The translations under genes and the position numbers were made by a program. The notes under the pieces were generated by a model that searched no databases, had not been told where the DNA came from, and worked only from the letters and a program-made list of their open reading frames with translations. A stretch of 64,000 nt of DNA from Candidatus Woesearchaeota archaeon (GTDB lineage: Archaea > Nanobdellota > Nanobdellia > SCGC-AAA011-G17 > VGLX01). Below are positions 45,643-54,857 of this stretch, piece after piece. The DNA is taken from the NCBI GenBank assembly GCA_964428965.1, contig CAYSAF010000003.1, positions 7,272 to 71,271 on the forward strand. The letters run 5' to 3'. Numbering within the stretch: the first letter of the stretch is position 1; each line of letters opens with the position of its first letter.

Positions 45643-48264
45643 TTATTCTCCCAGGACGTCTTTTACTATGTTCTTGACATTTATGGTCCCGCCTTCACTC
45701 TTTGATATGTCTATGTTGTCTTCGCCATAGTCGAATTGTATGATGTTTCTGTTTGCGTCCCTTACTGTATGGTCATATTCCACTTTCAAATCCTGTAGTG
45801 CGTTTGCCAGTCTTCTGTACATGTATCCTGATTTTGGTGTTCTCAAAGCAGTATCCATGAGGCTGTCTCTTCCTGTCATAGCTGCATAGAAGAATTGTAC
45901 AGGTGTTAGGCCTTCTTTGAATCCCCTGCCTATGAACCCTCTTGCTTCTGGGCTTCTGTCTCCTTCTTTGAACAACGACAGTGTTCTTTTTTTGTATCCT
46001 TTTTGTATCCTTTTTCCCCTTAGTGCTTGTTGGCCTACGCATGCTGCCATTTGCGCTAGGTTCAGTATGTTTCCTTTTGCTCCTGCTCTTGACATTATGA
46101 TGCTTGGGTTTTGGTCGCTTGAGTGCTCTGATATTATTCCGCCTACTTTGTTTCTTACTTTGTTCAATACTTGTAATATCCTCAACTCTAGTGTTTCTTC
46201 TAGTGTTTTGCTTGGTAAAACGTCCATCTCTCCCTTGTTGTATTCTTCTATGAATCTCTGGACGTCTCTTTCCGCTTCCCTTATTACTTGGTTTATTCTT
46301 TCTTGTATGTTTGGTGATAGGTCTGTGTCTGATAGCGTAGTTGAGAATCCTCTTTTAAGTAGTGCAGCTATTCCAAGTCTGAATATCTGCCCCATTATTT
46401 CCAGGGTCTTGTCCTCTTGGTATTCTCTGTGCAGTGCCCTTATTAAAGTGCCATTTCCCTCTCCTATTGTGCTGCTGTCTATTATCCCCGATTGCAGCTG
46501 TCCGTCTTGGATTAATACATAAGCGTCTATGTCGCATTTTGTTTTTTTGCAGTTTTCGCATTTCCTGCAGCCTTTTGAGTTTCCTATGAAGCTGAATCCT
46601 TTTGGTATTACCGCGCTGAATACTTCCTTTCCTATCACTGTGCTTTTGAAGTTTTTGAATTTGGGGTAGTCTATTGCTCCTATTGAGATTAGCATGTTCA
46701 TAGCGTCTTCTTTTGACATGTTCATTTCCTTTGTCAGCAAGTAGTTTCCTGATATTGCATCTTCAACACAGCCTATTATGTTGTATCCGTTCTTGGGTGT
46801 TATTATTTGTGTCTGTACTTCCATTAGTATTTCCGCTTCTGCTCTTGCTTCCTCTGTTTGGGGTATGTGTAAGTTCATCTCGTCACCGTCGAAGTCTGCG
46901 TTGTATGGGTTACACACAGTGGGGTTTAACCTGAATGATCTTCCTGGCAGTATTTTTATTTTATGGCACATAATGCTCATCCTGTGCAGGCTTGGTTGTC
47001 TGTTGAATATTGCTACGTCTCCATCCATGATATGTCTTTCTACTATGCTTCCCAGTTCTAGCCCCTCTAGAAGTATTTGTTTGGTATCATCGGTGATTTT
47101 CTTCTTTTTTCCGTCGGGTGTTATTACGTAATTTGCTCCCGGATATTCTGTTGGTCCCCTCTTTATGAACTCCTTAAGCCTGTTTATGTTCCATTCCGTT
47201 ACCCTTTCTGGCACGGTTAGTTCTGTAGCTATTTCTCTTGGCACTCCTACTTCGTTCAACTTTAAAGTTGCGTCTGGGCTTATCACTGTTCTTGCTGCAA
47301 AATTTACCCTTTTCCCTGCTAGGTTGTGCCTGAATCTTCCTTCTTTGCTTTTTATCCTCTCCACCAAAGTTTTTAGAGGTTGTCCGCTTCTGTGTCTCGC
47401 TGGCGGTATCGATGTTAAAGTGTTGTCAAAATAAGTGATTATGTGGTACTGCAACAAGTCCCAGAGGTCTTCTACTATTATCTCCGGTGCTCCCGCGTTT
47501 ATGTTTTCGAACAGCCTTTGGTTTATTCTTACTATGTCCCCCAGTTTGTGTGTTAAGTCGTCTTCGCTTCTTTCTCCTGATTCCAGGGTGATTGACGGTC
47601 TCATAGTCACTGGCGGTATTTGGAGTATAGTCAGAACCGTCCATTCTGGTCTTGCAAACTTTGGATCAAGGCCTAGAAGTTCTACATCCATGTCTGGTAT
47701 TTTTTCTAGTCTTGTTCTTATTTCTATGGGGTTTAGTCTCTTTTCATCTTCGTAGAAGTTGATTGGTTTTTCTAGTTTGTATGTGGATTGTTTTTTTCTT
47801 CCGCAGTGTGGGCATTTTCTTTTTTTTGCTTTTATTGTTGATATCATCTCTCTTGTTTTTCTTCTGTATGCTTCCATTCCGTATTCTTTTTTTATTTTTT
47901 CCAGAACTAATATCAGTCTCTGTATTTCTTTCTCGTCTTCAAGTAACCTTCCGCAGTCTTTGCAGGTGCTTCTTAAGAAGTCCAGTATTGTTTTTGTGAA
48001 TAGGATGTGCATTACGGGTCTTGCTAGTTCTATGTAGCCGAAGTGCCCCATGCATTCTTTGAGTTTTTCTCCGCAGGTCTTGCATCTCAACCCGGGGTCT
48101 ATAACCCCTAGTCTTACGTCCATTAGGCCGCCGTCTACAGGGTAGCCTTCCTTGTCGTATAACTCTGGCGTTACTATCTTTGCGCACGCCATCTTCTTTA
48201 TTTCTTTCGGACTCAATAGTCCGAAGACGATGCTTGATACCTTTTTGTGAATTCCTTCTACCAT
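45643..48264 (-). CDS. rpoA1: DNA-directed RNA polymerase subunit A' (Rpo1N)
   Basis: It has the zinc-binding N-terminus ([20 protein letters not shown]) and the [10 protein letters not shown] catalytic aspartate motif. It is 873 aa. Confidence 0.9.
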   Translation of the reverse strand: MVEGIHKKVSSIVFGLLSPKEIKKMACAKIVTPELYDKEGYPVDGGLMDVRLGVIDPGLRCKTCGEKLKECMGHFGYIELARPVMHILFTKTILDFLRSTCKDCGRLLEDEKEIQRLILVLEKIKKEYGMEAYRRKTREMISTIKAKKRKCPHCGRKKQSTYKLEKPINFYEDEKRLNPIEIRTRLEKIPDMDVELLGLDPKFARPEWTVLTILQIPPVTMRPSITLESGERSEDDLTHKLGDIVRINQRLFENINAGAPEIIVEDLWDLLQYHIITYFDNTLTSIPPARHRSGQPLKTLVERIKSKEGRFRHNLAGKRVNFAARTVISPDATLKLNEVGVPREIATELTVPERVTEWNINRLKEFIKRGPTEYPGANYVITPDGKKKKITDDTKQILLEGLELGSIVERHIMDGDVAIFNRQPSLHRMSIMCHKIKILPGRSFRLNPTVCNPYNADFDGDEMNLHIPQTEEARAEAEILMEVQTQIITPKNGYNIIGCVEDAISGNYLLTKEMNMSKEDAMNMLISIGAIDYPKFKNFKSTVIGKEVFSAVIPKGFSFIGNSKGCRKCENCKKTKCDIDAYVLIQDGQLQSGIIDSSTIGEGNGTLIRALHREYQEDKTLEIMGQIFRLGIAALLKRGFSTTLSDTDLSPNIQERINQVIREAERDVQRFIEEYNKGEMDVLPSKTLEETLELRILQVLNKVRNKVGGIISEHSSDQNPSIIMSRAGAKGNILNLAQMAACVGQQALRGKRIQKGYKKRTLSLFKEGDRSPEARGFIGRGFKEGLTPVQFFYAAMTGRDSLMDTALRTPKSGYMYRRLANALQDLKVEYDHTVRDANRNIIQFDYGEDNIDISKSEGGTINVKNIVKDVLGE

Positions 48265-48271
48265 TTTTTAC

Positions 48272-50074
48272 CTAGTATTTGCTTTTTAACACCAATCTCG
48301 GGTTTATTCCCAGAGATTTTAATTCGTCCATTAATAGTTTGAATGCATAGCTTAACTCTATGACAGATATCTCTACGTTTGCTCCGCATCTTGCGCAGAA
48401 TTTTCTGTTTTTGTAGCTGTCGTAAATAGCGAACATGCCGCATGATTCGCAAACATAAACAGTTGTTTTGTCTGAGTCAAATCTTTCTTTCAACAACAAT
48501 GAGCTTCCGTGAGCAACAAAACAGTCTTTCTCCATCTCTCCCAATCTCAGTCCGCCACCTTTGCTTCTCCCCTCTATCGGCTGTCTGGTTAGCAGTTGTA
48601 TCCTTCCTGATGCTCTGCTGTGCAGTTTGTTTGCTACCATGTGTTTCAGTTTTTGGTAGTACATGTTTCCGATAAAAATTTGCGCTTCGAATTCTTCTCC
48701 CGTTATTCCGTTGTACATCTTTTCTGTTCCGTTGTCCCTGAACCCCATTCCAAGTAGTTCTTTTCTTAAGTCCGTTTCTTTTTCTGCTTGGAAGATTGTT
48801 CCGTCTACGTATCTTCCTGCCAGCGCCCCTGTTTTTCCTGCCAGTACCTCAATCATGTGGCTTATCGTCATTCTTGAGGGTATCGAATGCGGACTGAATA
48901 TCAAATCCGGCTTAATTCCCGATGCTGTGAATGGCAGGTCTGCCTCTGGTATTATTGCCCCTACAACTCCCTTCTGTCCATGCCTAGAAGCGAACTTGTC
49001 TCCTATTTCTGGTATTCTCAAATCCCTCAGTCTTACTTGCACCAGTTTGTTTCCTTCCTCGTTTTCTGTTATTATTACCGCATCCACAGTTCCTGTTTCT
49101 CCGTGTTTGACTGTTACTGAGCTTTCTCTCCTTATGTTTGCTGCTATGCTGAATTCTTCTAGTTCTCCTAAGAATCTTGGTGGGCTTGTCTTTCCTATTA
49201 TCACGTCCTCTGCGTTCAGCTTTGCTTCTGGGTAAACAACACCATCTTCTTCTAGGTATTTGTATTCTTTTTCTGTTCTGTAACCCTTTACCTCTTTGTC
49301 GGGAATGCCTATCTCGTCAGTTAGTCCTCCTGAATATCTCAGTTCCTCGACAGCGTATGGTCTGAAGTATGTGCTTCTCGCCAGTCCTCTGTCTACAGAT
49401 CCCTTGTTAAGTATGATCGCATCTTGCATGTTTTGTCCTTGGTAACTCATCAATGCTACAACCATGTTTTGTCCTGATGGGTGTTTCTCGAATTCCAGTA
49501 TGTCGTGCATAAATGTTTTTACCACCGCCTTTTGTGGATAATTCAATAAACTTACGTCTGTGTCCATTCTTAGCAGGTAGTTAGAAGTATACATTCCTAA
49601 CGCTTGTTTTTGTCCCTTTGATCCCCTGTTCAGTCTTGCGCTCTGGCCGTAATTTGCGTATGGCACAAGTCCAGTTACCACACCAACGATTGTTGCAGGG
49701 GATATTTCCAAATGGGTGTGTTCTGGTGTTATGTCCTCTTCCTTTAACGCGACTAGTGCGTTTTCCTCTTCTGCAGCGTCCAAGTACTCTATAACCCCCT
49801 GGTTAACCAAGTCTTTCCAGGTTACTTCTTTTCTTTCTAGTTGTTGCATGATTTCTTTTGTGACTTTTGATGCCCCGTTTTCTACTACTACCAGCGGTCT
49901 TCTTGCCCTTCCCCTTGAGAAATCCACATATACTTCGTTCAGGTCTTTGTTGTGGTATACATTCACTAAGGATTGTATTTTTCCTTTTCTTCTTTCTTGT
50001 TTGAATTTCTCTATGAACTCCTGTGCATTGTCCACAGTTCCTACGAATTTTTCGTTTACGTATACGTCTACCAT
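48272..50074 (-). CDS. rpoB1: DNA-directed RNA polymerase subunit B' (Rpo2C, C-terminal half of split RpoB)
   Basis: It has the conserved GDKFASRHGQKGV and GEMEKDC motifs and a C-terminal Zn ribbon (CESCG...CARCG). Confidence 0.9.
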   Translation of the reverse strand: MVDVYVNEKFVGTVDNAQEFIEKFKQERRKGKIQSLVNVYHNKDLNEVYVDFSRGRARRPLVVVENGASKVTKEIMQQLERKEVTWKDLVNQGVIEYLDAAEEENALVALKEEDITPEHTHLEISPATIVGVVTGLVPYANYGQSARLNRGSKGQKQALGMYTSNYLLRMDTDVSLLNYPQKAVVKTFMHDILEFEKHPSGQNMVVALMSYQGQNMQDAIILNKGSVDRGLARSTYFRPYAVEELRYSGGLTDEIGIPDKEVKGYRTEKEYKYLEEDGVVYPEAKLNAEDVIIGKTSPPRFLGELEEFSIAANIRRESSVTVKHGETGTVDAVIITENEEGNKLVQVRLRDLRIPEIGDKFASRHGQKGVVGAIIPEADLPFTASGIKPDLIFSPHSIPSRMTISHMIEVLAGKTGALAGRYVDGTIFQAEKETDLRKELLGMGFRDNGTEKMYNGITGEEFEAQIFIGNMYYQKLKHMVANKLHSRASGRIQLLTRQPIEGRSKGGGLRLGEMEKDCFVAHGSSLLLKERFDSDKTTVYVCESCGMFAIYDSYKNRKFCARCGANVEISVIELSYAFKLLMDELKSLGINPRLVLKSKY

Positions 50075-50075
50075 C

Positions 50076-51563
50076 TTATTTTACCAGGTTTAAACCACAT
50101 CCTTCTAGCATTTTCTTTATCTTTTCTTCTTGCACCTCTTCTTGTGATATATTGCATAAGCATGCTAAATTCTTTCTCAGTCCTATCGATGTCCCTTCTG
50201 GTGTTTCTATTGCGCAAAGCCTTCCCCAGTGTGTTGGGTGCAGTTCCCTTGCTTCGAAGTTTTCTTGTGACACGCTCAATAATGAAACTACCCTTTGCAG
50301 GTGTGATATTGTTGCGAGGAAGTTTATTCTGTCTATGTTTTGGCTTATTCCCTTTCTTCCCCCCACCCAAGATCCTGTTGCCATCGCGCTTAAAACCCTT
50401 GATGTTAGTAGTTTGTCCCTGATTATGTTTTTGACCGATGAAAATTTCCCCCTCTTCACCAGTCTCTGGAAGTTGTACAGTATGTCATTTATGAGCACTC
50501 TTAAATTCATTCTGAAGAGTTCTGCCAGTAGGTCTCCTGATAGTTGTAGTTGTTTGTTCATGTAGTGGTCTTTGTCGCTTACTTGTACACCCTCTCTTGA
50601 TACCATCAGGAATTTCTTTACTAATTTACATAGATTGTACGCTTTTATCATTCTGTCTTTTGGGTTTGTTCCCAGGTGTGGTAAGAGGTACTTGTCGAGG
50701 TTTTCTCTTGTTTTTTCCACCTTTACCTCTCTCGGTTGTGTAATTCTTAATTTTTTTGCTATGAATTCTAGCGCGTCTTCTTCATTTTTTAGTTCCATGC
50801 TGTGGTATAAGTTTATGAAAACGTCGTCGTATTGTTTGTCTTTTGATATCACTTCTGTTATTTCCTGATCTTTCGTTAAGCCAAGTGCTTTTATCACTGC
50901 CACGATTGGTATTCTTTTGAATCTCGTGAAGCTTAGGTATATTATTCCGTCTTTCATCTGTTCCACAACATGGGGTATTCTGTACGGTCCCCTGGCTGAG
51001 AATAACTTGGCTGTGTACCTGCTCGGCCCTACTTTGTTTTCTTGTATGAACACCTTGTTTGATGCTAAGTCCTCAACTAAAATCAGGACTCTTTCATTTC
51101 CATTCAGTATGAAATAGCCGCCTGGGTCGTCTGGGTCCTCTCCGTGTTTTATCAGTTCTTCTCTGCTTAGGTTGTGTAAGTGGCAGTATTTTGATTTGAG
51201 CATTATCGGAAGTTTTCCTATTTTCTGTGTGAATGCTTCTCTCTGCACCCCGTCTATGTGTACGCTCACATCAACGTAAATGTCTGCAGAGTAACTTAGC
51301 TTTCTAATCCTCGCTTCATTGGGGTGTATGTCCCTTTGGCTTCCGTCAGCTTCTGTGATCTTTGGTTTGTTTACCGTTAGTTTTTCAAACTTTATTTTGT
51401 ATTCTTGCGCGTCGGGAGGTATTATTGCTGGCACCGCATCTCCCATCTCCTCAAGTATTTTGTGTATTTCCCTTTCCACAAAATTGTTGAAGCTTGCTAT
51501 GTTTGACTCTATCAAGGAGTGTTCTTCGAAGTACTTTTTTACGAGCAAGTTTTTTTCAGCCAT
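50076..51563 (-). CDS. rpoB2: DNA-directed RNA polymerase subunit B'' (Rpo2N, N-terminal half of split RpoB)
   Basis: It has RpoB N-terminal lobe/protrusion motifs, is 495 aa, and ends at the start of B'. Confidence 0.9.
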   Translation of the reverse strand: MAEKNLLVKKYFEEHSLIESNIASFNNFVEREIHKILEEMGDAVPAIIPPDAQEYKIKFEKLTVNKPKITEADGSQRDIHPNEARIRKLSYSADIYVDVSVHIDGVQREAFTQKIGKLPIMLKSKYCHLHNLSREELIKHGEDPDDPGGYFILNGNERVLILVEDLASNKVFIQENKVGPSRYTAKLFSARGPYRIPHVVEQMKDGIIYLSFTRFKRIPIVAVIKALGLTKDQEITEVISKDKQYDDVFINLYHSMELKNEEDALEFIAKKLRITQPREVKVEKTRENLDKYLLPHLGTNPKDRMIKAYNLCKLVKKFLMVSREGVQVSDKDHYMNKQLQLSGDLLAELFRMNLRVLINDILYNFQRLVKRGKFSSVKNIIRDKLLTSRVLSAMATGSWVGGRKGISQNIDRINFLATISHLQRVVSLLSVSQENFEARELHPTHWGRLCAIETPEGTSIGLRKNLACLCNISQEEVQEEKIKKMLEGCGLNLVK

Positions 51564-51804
51564 TTATTACCACCCTATAGAACAGGTATTCGCCTGCCGT
51601 TTGGCTTCTTCTCATTATCTTTATGACGTCGCCAGGCTTTGCATTTAATTCTTTTATTACAGGGTCACTTTTTTTTATGTTCGGTAGTTGTTTTAGAGAA
51701 ATGTTGTATTGCGTCAGTAGTTCTTGTACCTCTTCTTCTGTTAGCTTTATGTGTTTTGGTACGAAGGAATGTTTTGTGATGTCTACTTTTGTTTGGGCTT
51801 TCAT
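51556..51804 (-). CDS. rpoH: DNA-directed RNA polymerase subunit H (Rpb5 homolog)
   Basis: It has the HxLVPxHxxL block (HSFVPKHIKLTEEE) and the C-terminal GDVIKIMRRSQTAGEYLFYRVV. I placed the start at MKAQTK (51804); the longer ORF-track N-terminus overlaps the tRNA-Lys gene. Confidence 0.7.
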   Translation of the reverse strand: MKAQTKVDITKHSFVPKHIKLTEEEVQELLTQYNISLKQLPNIKKSDPVIKELNAKPGDVIKIMRRSQTAGEYLFYRVVING

Positions 51805-51821
51805 CTTGTTGTGATTATGAA

Positions 51822-51952
51822 TGGACCGGACGGGATTTGAACCCGCGACCACCTGATGTCTTTGCTTGGTTAAAAGTTTCACCTAAAATGATTATGATGC
51901 TAGTTTCTCCTCGATTTTTCAGGTGCTCTGTTCCAAGCTGAGCTACCGGTCC
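51822..51952 (-). tRNA. tRNA-Lys(UUU) candidate with a complex/double intron flanking the anticodon loop
   Basis: The minus-strand read is GGACCGG-TA-GCTC-AGCTTGGAACA-GAGC-A-CCTGA-[43 nt]-CTTTTAA-[13 nt]-TCAGG-TGGTC-GCGGG-TTCAAAT-CCCGT-CCGGTCC-A. The acceptor, D-arm, T-arm and anticodon stem are clean, and the exon order matches archaeal tRNA-Lys (CCTGA CTTTTAA TCAGG). Confidence 0.45.
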
Positions 51953-51970
51953 TCCAAAACGCCCTGACCG
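51953..51970. repeat. 18-bp direct repeat TCCAAAACGCCCTGACCG (copy A), duplicating the 3' end and trailer of tRNA-Asp
   Basis: The identical 18-mer occurs at 52022..52039, where it includes the acceptor 3' strand and discriminator of tRNA-Asp. The copies are 51 bp apart. Confidence 0.6.
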
Positions 51971-52028
51971 TACATCAGGCAATTTCTCTCACTCCCTACT
52001 TTCCCAGGGAGTTTGGGTTTTTCCAAAA

Positions 52029-52195
52029 CGCCCTGACCGGGACTTTCGATTGTGATTTTTTCGAACCCGGGTCGCGGCCTGACTGCGTTATGAGGCTTTT
52101 TCTTTCTTCTGCGCCTCTTCGCCTCGACAGGGCCGCATGATTGGCCTCCAGGCAAAATTTCTGTTTTGGATTAGGCCGGACTACACCATCAGGGC
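52029..52195 (-). tRNA. tRNA-Asp(GUC) with three introns (D-loop about 31 nt, anticodon 37/38 about 44 nt, T-loop 59/60 about 17 nt)
   Basis: The exons assemble to GCCCTGA-T-G-GTGT-AGTCCGGCCAA-TCAT-G-CGGCC-CTGTCG-A-GGCCG-CGAC-CCGGG-TTCGAAT-CCCGG-TCAGGGC-G, which is 75 nt. It matches the archaeal tRNA-Asp/Glu GGTGTAG...GGCCAATCAT signature, and all stems are Watson-Crick. Confidence 0.5.
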
Positions 52196-52442
52196 ATCAA
52201 TCTTTCTAAACAACAATTTTTTGTTGTTTATTTTGTGATTTGTTTGGCAATTCTCTGTTTTTTGAGTCTCTGCTGCCTATAGAAAGATTTTGTCATCGCT
52301 TATTTGGGATTTTTTGAAGGTATATAAACTTTTCTATTTCAGATATTCAGAACTATTTCTGTCTGTTTACACCAACTTTTAGTTATAGGGTTAAAATAAT
52401 ATATAAATAATGTTATACTGTAGTATATATTTAAAGAATTTC

Positions 52443-53321
52443 TTAAAGCTTCAGTTCTAAGTCTGATAGCTTGTAGGTTTGGTGGAATCTCCCCCTTAGT
52501 TGTGAAGGTAGGTAGTTACCTGGGAAGGGTCTTAACGATCTCTTTATTAGTTCTTTGTATGCTTCCTTGAAGTTCTCGTCTGCTTTTTTGAAAATTTCTT
52601 CTATTTTGGGGTAGTCGAATTTGTCTTCTACACCTTGTTTTGCGACCAACTTCCTGAATTCGCTAACATAATCTATCTTCTTGTTATAGACATTTGCATG
52701 AAGGATTACATTGCCGTTGTTCATTTCAACAAGATCGTAGTTTATTTTTAGGGGGACCTCCTTAATTATCCCATCCTCTTTTTCTGGCTCTACAAGATCA
52801 TATAGCCTTAGCATGTCCTCCATTCTAACCCTGAGGCACCCGCCTGAAACTGCAAACCCTACAGTGTGGTCGTCAAGTGCGGAATGTATCACATAGTCAA
52901 TGTATGTGTAGCCATCACTAGGTCTCTTTATCTTCATTCCAATCCCTCTTATTCTTTGGTAGGGTACTTTGAATCCTGTGGGCTTTCCCTCTGGCGTGAA
53001 GGTGTTGTTCCATTTTATCACGTCGCCCTTCTTTATCTTTAATTGAGGATAATCGCCGCCATAAAAGAATAATACTCTTTTTCTTTTTTCATAAACTGTG
53101 CCATTGCCTATTGGCGTGGGGTGTCTGTCCTCGAATAAACCTCCAACAGCTATGTTGAATTCGTGTTCTTTAGTGGAAGTTTCATTTTTTTCCACTAGCT
53201 TTAGTTTGTATGCGGGTACATTTACTACGATCTCTTTCTTTATCTCAGAAGCTAGCAGGGTTGCTGGTATCAAAGTCAGTCCAAGTACTGTGCTTATTAT
53301 CTTCTTTATCGTCCTTGTCAT
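52443..53321 (-). CDS. L,D-transpeptidase (YkuD/ErfK-like) domain protein with a signal peptide
   Basis: It has the catalytic His...Ser-x-Gly-Cys signature (HSALDDHTVGFAVSGGCLRV) and an N-terminal signal/TM (IISTVLGLTLIPATLLA). Confidence 0.5.
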   Translation of the reverse strand: MTRTIKKIISTVLGLTLIPATLLASEIKKEIVVNVPAYKLKLVEKNETSTKEHEFNIAVGGLFEDRHPTPIGNGTVYEKRKRVLFFYGGDYPQLKIKKGDVIKWNNTFTPEGKPTGFKVPYQRIRGIGMKIKRPSDGYTYIDYVIHSALDDHTVGFAVSGGCLRVRMEDMLRLYDLVEPEKEDGIIKEVPLKINYDLVEMNNGNVILHANVYNKKIDYVSEFRKLVAKQGVEDKFDYPKIEEIFKKADENFKEAYKELIKRSLRPFPGNYLPSQLRGRFHQTYKLSDLELKL

Positions 53322-53428
53322 GCTTTTTGGCTTTATGTTTCTATTTAAAAACTTAACTGTTGAGAAAATTCCCCTCTCGTTAGGGTTAAGATAAATTTAT
53401 AAAGTAATTATGTGCGGAGGTAACTGCC

Positions 53429-53851
53429 ATGGTATTATCTAAAAAAGAACTTTCAGAAGGAGTAAAGGCTTTAGTTAAGATGCATCATATATGGAAAGAC
53501 ATTACAAAAGACGATCTTGAGAGATTTTCTGGGGAAGGTGCATACTTAAGGTTGTATAATATAGTAAAAAAAATAAGAACAGATGACATCACTAAGGAAG
53601 CATTAAACATTATAGGCTTAGCAAATCATGGTAAAATTATAAGAGGGGAGAGCCTTGATGATTGTTTTTCCGACGCCAAAGATTATATCAGGACAGTAGA
53701 AGCACTTAACAGAGATAGAGGCACACCATCTGAAGGTTACGCAAAGGCAAAGTTTATGCTTTTTGAGAATCCTAGGTTCAGAAATGAAGTTGTTGAGCTT
53801 TACCGTACAAAAGTTATACCTAAATTAAGTAAGCCTAAACGTAGTCATTAA
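53429..53851 (+). CDS. Hypothetical protein (140 aa)
   Basis: A mostly helical ORF with no recognisable family. Confidence 0.25.
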   Translation: MVLSKKELSEGVKALVKMHHIWKDITKDDLERFSGEGAYLRLYNIVKKIRTDDITKEALNIIGLANHGKIIRGESLDDCFSDAKDYIRTVEALNRDRGTPSEGYAKAKFMLFENPRFRNEVVELYRTKVIPKLSKPKRSH

Positions 53852-54000
53852 TTCTAAATCCCACCTCCCAAACACAACCAAAAATGTTCGAGTCTGTGCC
53901 TACTTGTATTTTTAATAATATCTAATCATCATGCTAGCCACAATTTTTTTATTGGCTCAGCGAAATTCAGGACAGAATCTGATAAGCGAAAAGAGATAGC

Positions 54001-54759
54001 TTATTTTACGAATTCTATTTTATTCAATTTGTATATTATATAGAAAGGCAATTCACTTTCTTTTCCCCATCTCTTAGGAAATATTTCTAAGTCTTCACCA
54101 GTTGCAAGAGGTTCAATAATAGTTTGGATGTTAAAACCAGATTCCACTATTGCTTTAGCATATTCCTCTCTAGAATGCGGGTATGCTATTACTTTGAATG
54201 ATGCTCCCTGTCCAGTATAAAGGGTAATTGGAACAGCAATATCTTCACCTGAAGGAAGAAAATCATAATCACAAGTCCACCAATTGCTTTGAGCTTTATC
54301 CTTATATCTTTCAGGATGAGGCACTGCAAGTATTAATTTGCCATTTTCTTTTAATATCTGAGCAGTATTTCTAAATGATAAAACCATCTCTTGATATTTT
54401 AAATGAGGAGTTACGCAGATGGAAAATGCCAAGTCTTGAGAATGTTCTGGGATAAATGGCCTCATATCTTGAGTAGCATCTGATATATGATATTCTATTC
54501 CTTGTTTTAATCTGCACTCTGTTTGTTTAGCTTTCTCAATTAAAGTAGGGCTTACATCTATTCCAATAACTTTTGCTCCAAGATTAGAGAGAATTCTGGA
54601 GACATAGCCTTCTCCACAACCAATATCTGCTACTTTTCTGCCAAACACTTCTCCAGCTAATTGCAGCGCATGGGGTCGGCATATAAAATCACTTTGGATT
54701 TTCTTTTCTAACCTGCCCCAAAAGCTTCCGTATCCAACATAAGGGTCTTTATTTACCAT
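54001..54759 (-). CDS. Class I SAM-dependent methyltransferase
   Basis: Motif I is VADIGCGEGYVS, motif II is IGIDVSPTLIEKA, and motif IV is LAFSICVTPHL. Confidence 0.6.
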   Translation of the reverse strand: MVNKDPYVGYGSFWGRLEKKIQSDFICRPHALQLAGEVFGRKVADIGCGEGYVSRILSNLGAKVIGIDVSPTLIEKAKQTECRLKQGIEYHISDATQDMRPFIPEHSQDLAFSICVTPHLKYQEMVLSFRNTAQILKENGKLILAVPHPERYKDKAQSNWWTCDYDFLPSGEDIAVPITLYTGQGASFKVIAYPHSREEYAKAIVESGFNIQTIIEPLATGEDLEIFPKRWGKESELPFYIIYKLNKIEFVK

Positions 54760-54857
54760 TCGTTAATGGTAACTATTTTAACTATATTAATATAATCCCC
54801 CACTTAGTGTAGAGTAATATAGAAAGGTTTATATAGTTCTAGATAAATCTTTTAATT

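Noticed and set aside
45917-50565. Numerous 60-200 aa ORFs antisense or out of frame within the rpoA and rpoB genes (e.g. 45917..46522, 48663..49235, 50023..50565)
   Set aside because: They lie entirely inside well-supported RNAP subunit genes and have low-complexity Ser/Leu/Phe-rich translations typical of antisense reading frames in AT-rich DNA.
51805-51882. N-terminal 26 aa of the rpoH ORF, overlapping the tRNA-Lys gene
   Set aside because: The overlap with a structural RNA gene is implausible. The internal start MKAQTK gives an RpoH of canonical length.
51890-51905. ATGATGC (C-box-like) motif within the tRNA-Lys intron region, recalling C/D-box RNAs embedded in archaeal tRNA-Trp introns
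   Set aside because: The motif is on the strand antisense to the tRNA, and the sense strand carries no matching C/D box set.
53975-53995. Sequence ATCTGATAAGCGAAAAG resembling the transposon-end motif TGCCTGATAAGT...CGAAAAG
   Set aside because: Only the short cores CTGATAAG and GAAAAG match, with no flanking similarity and no second end. The match is probably chance in AT-rich DNA.
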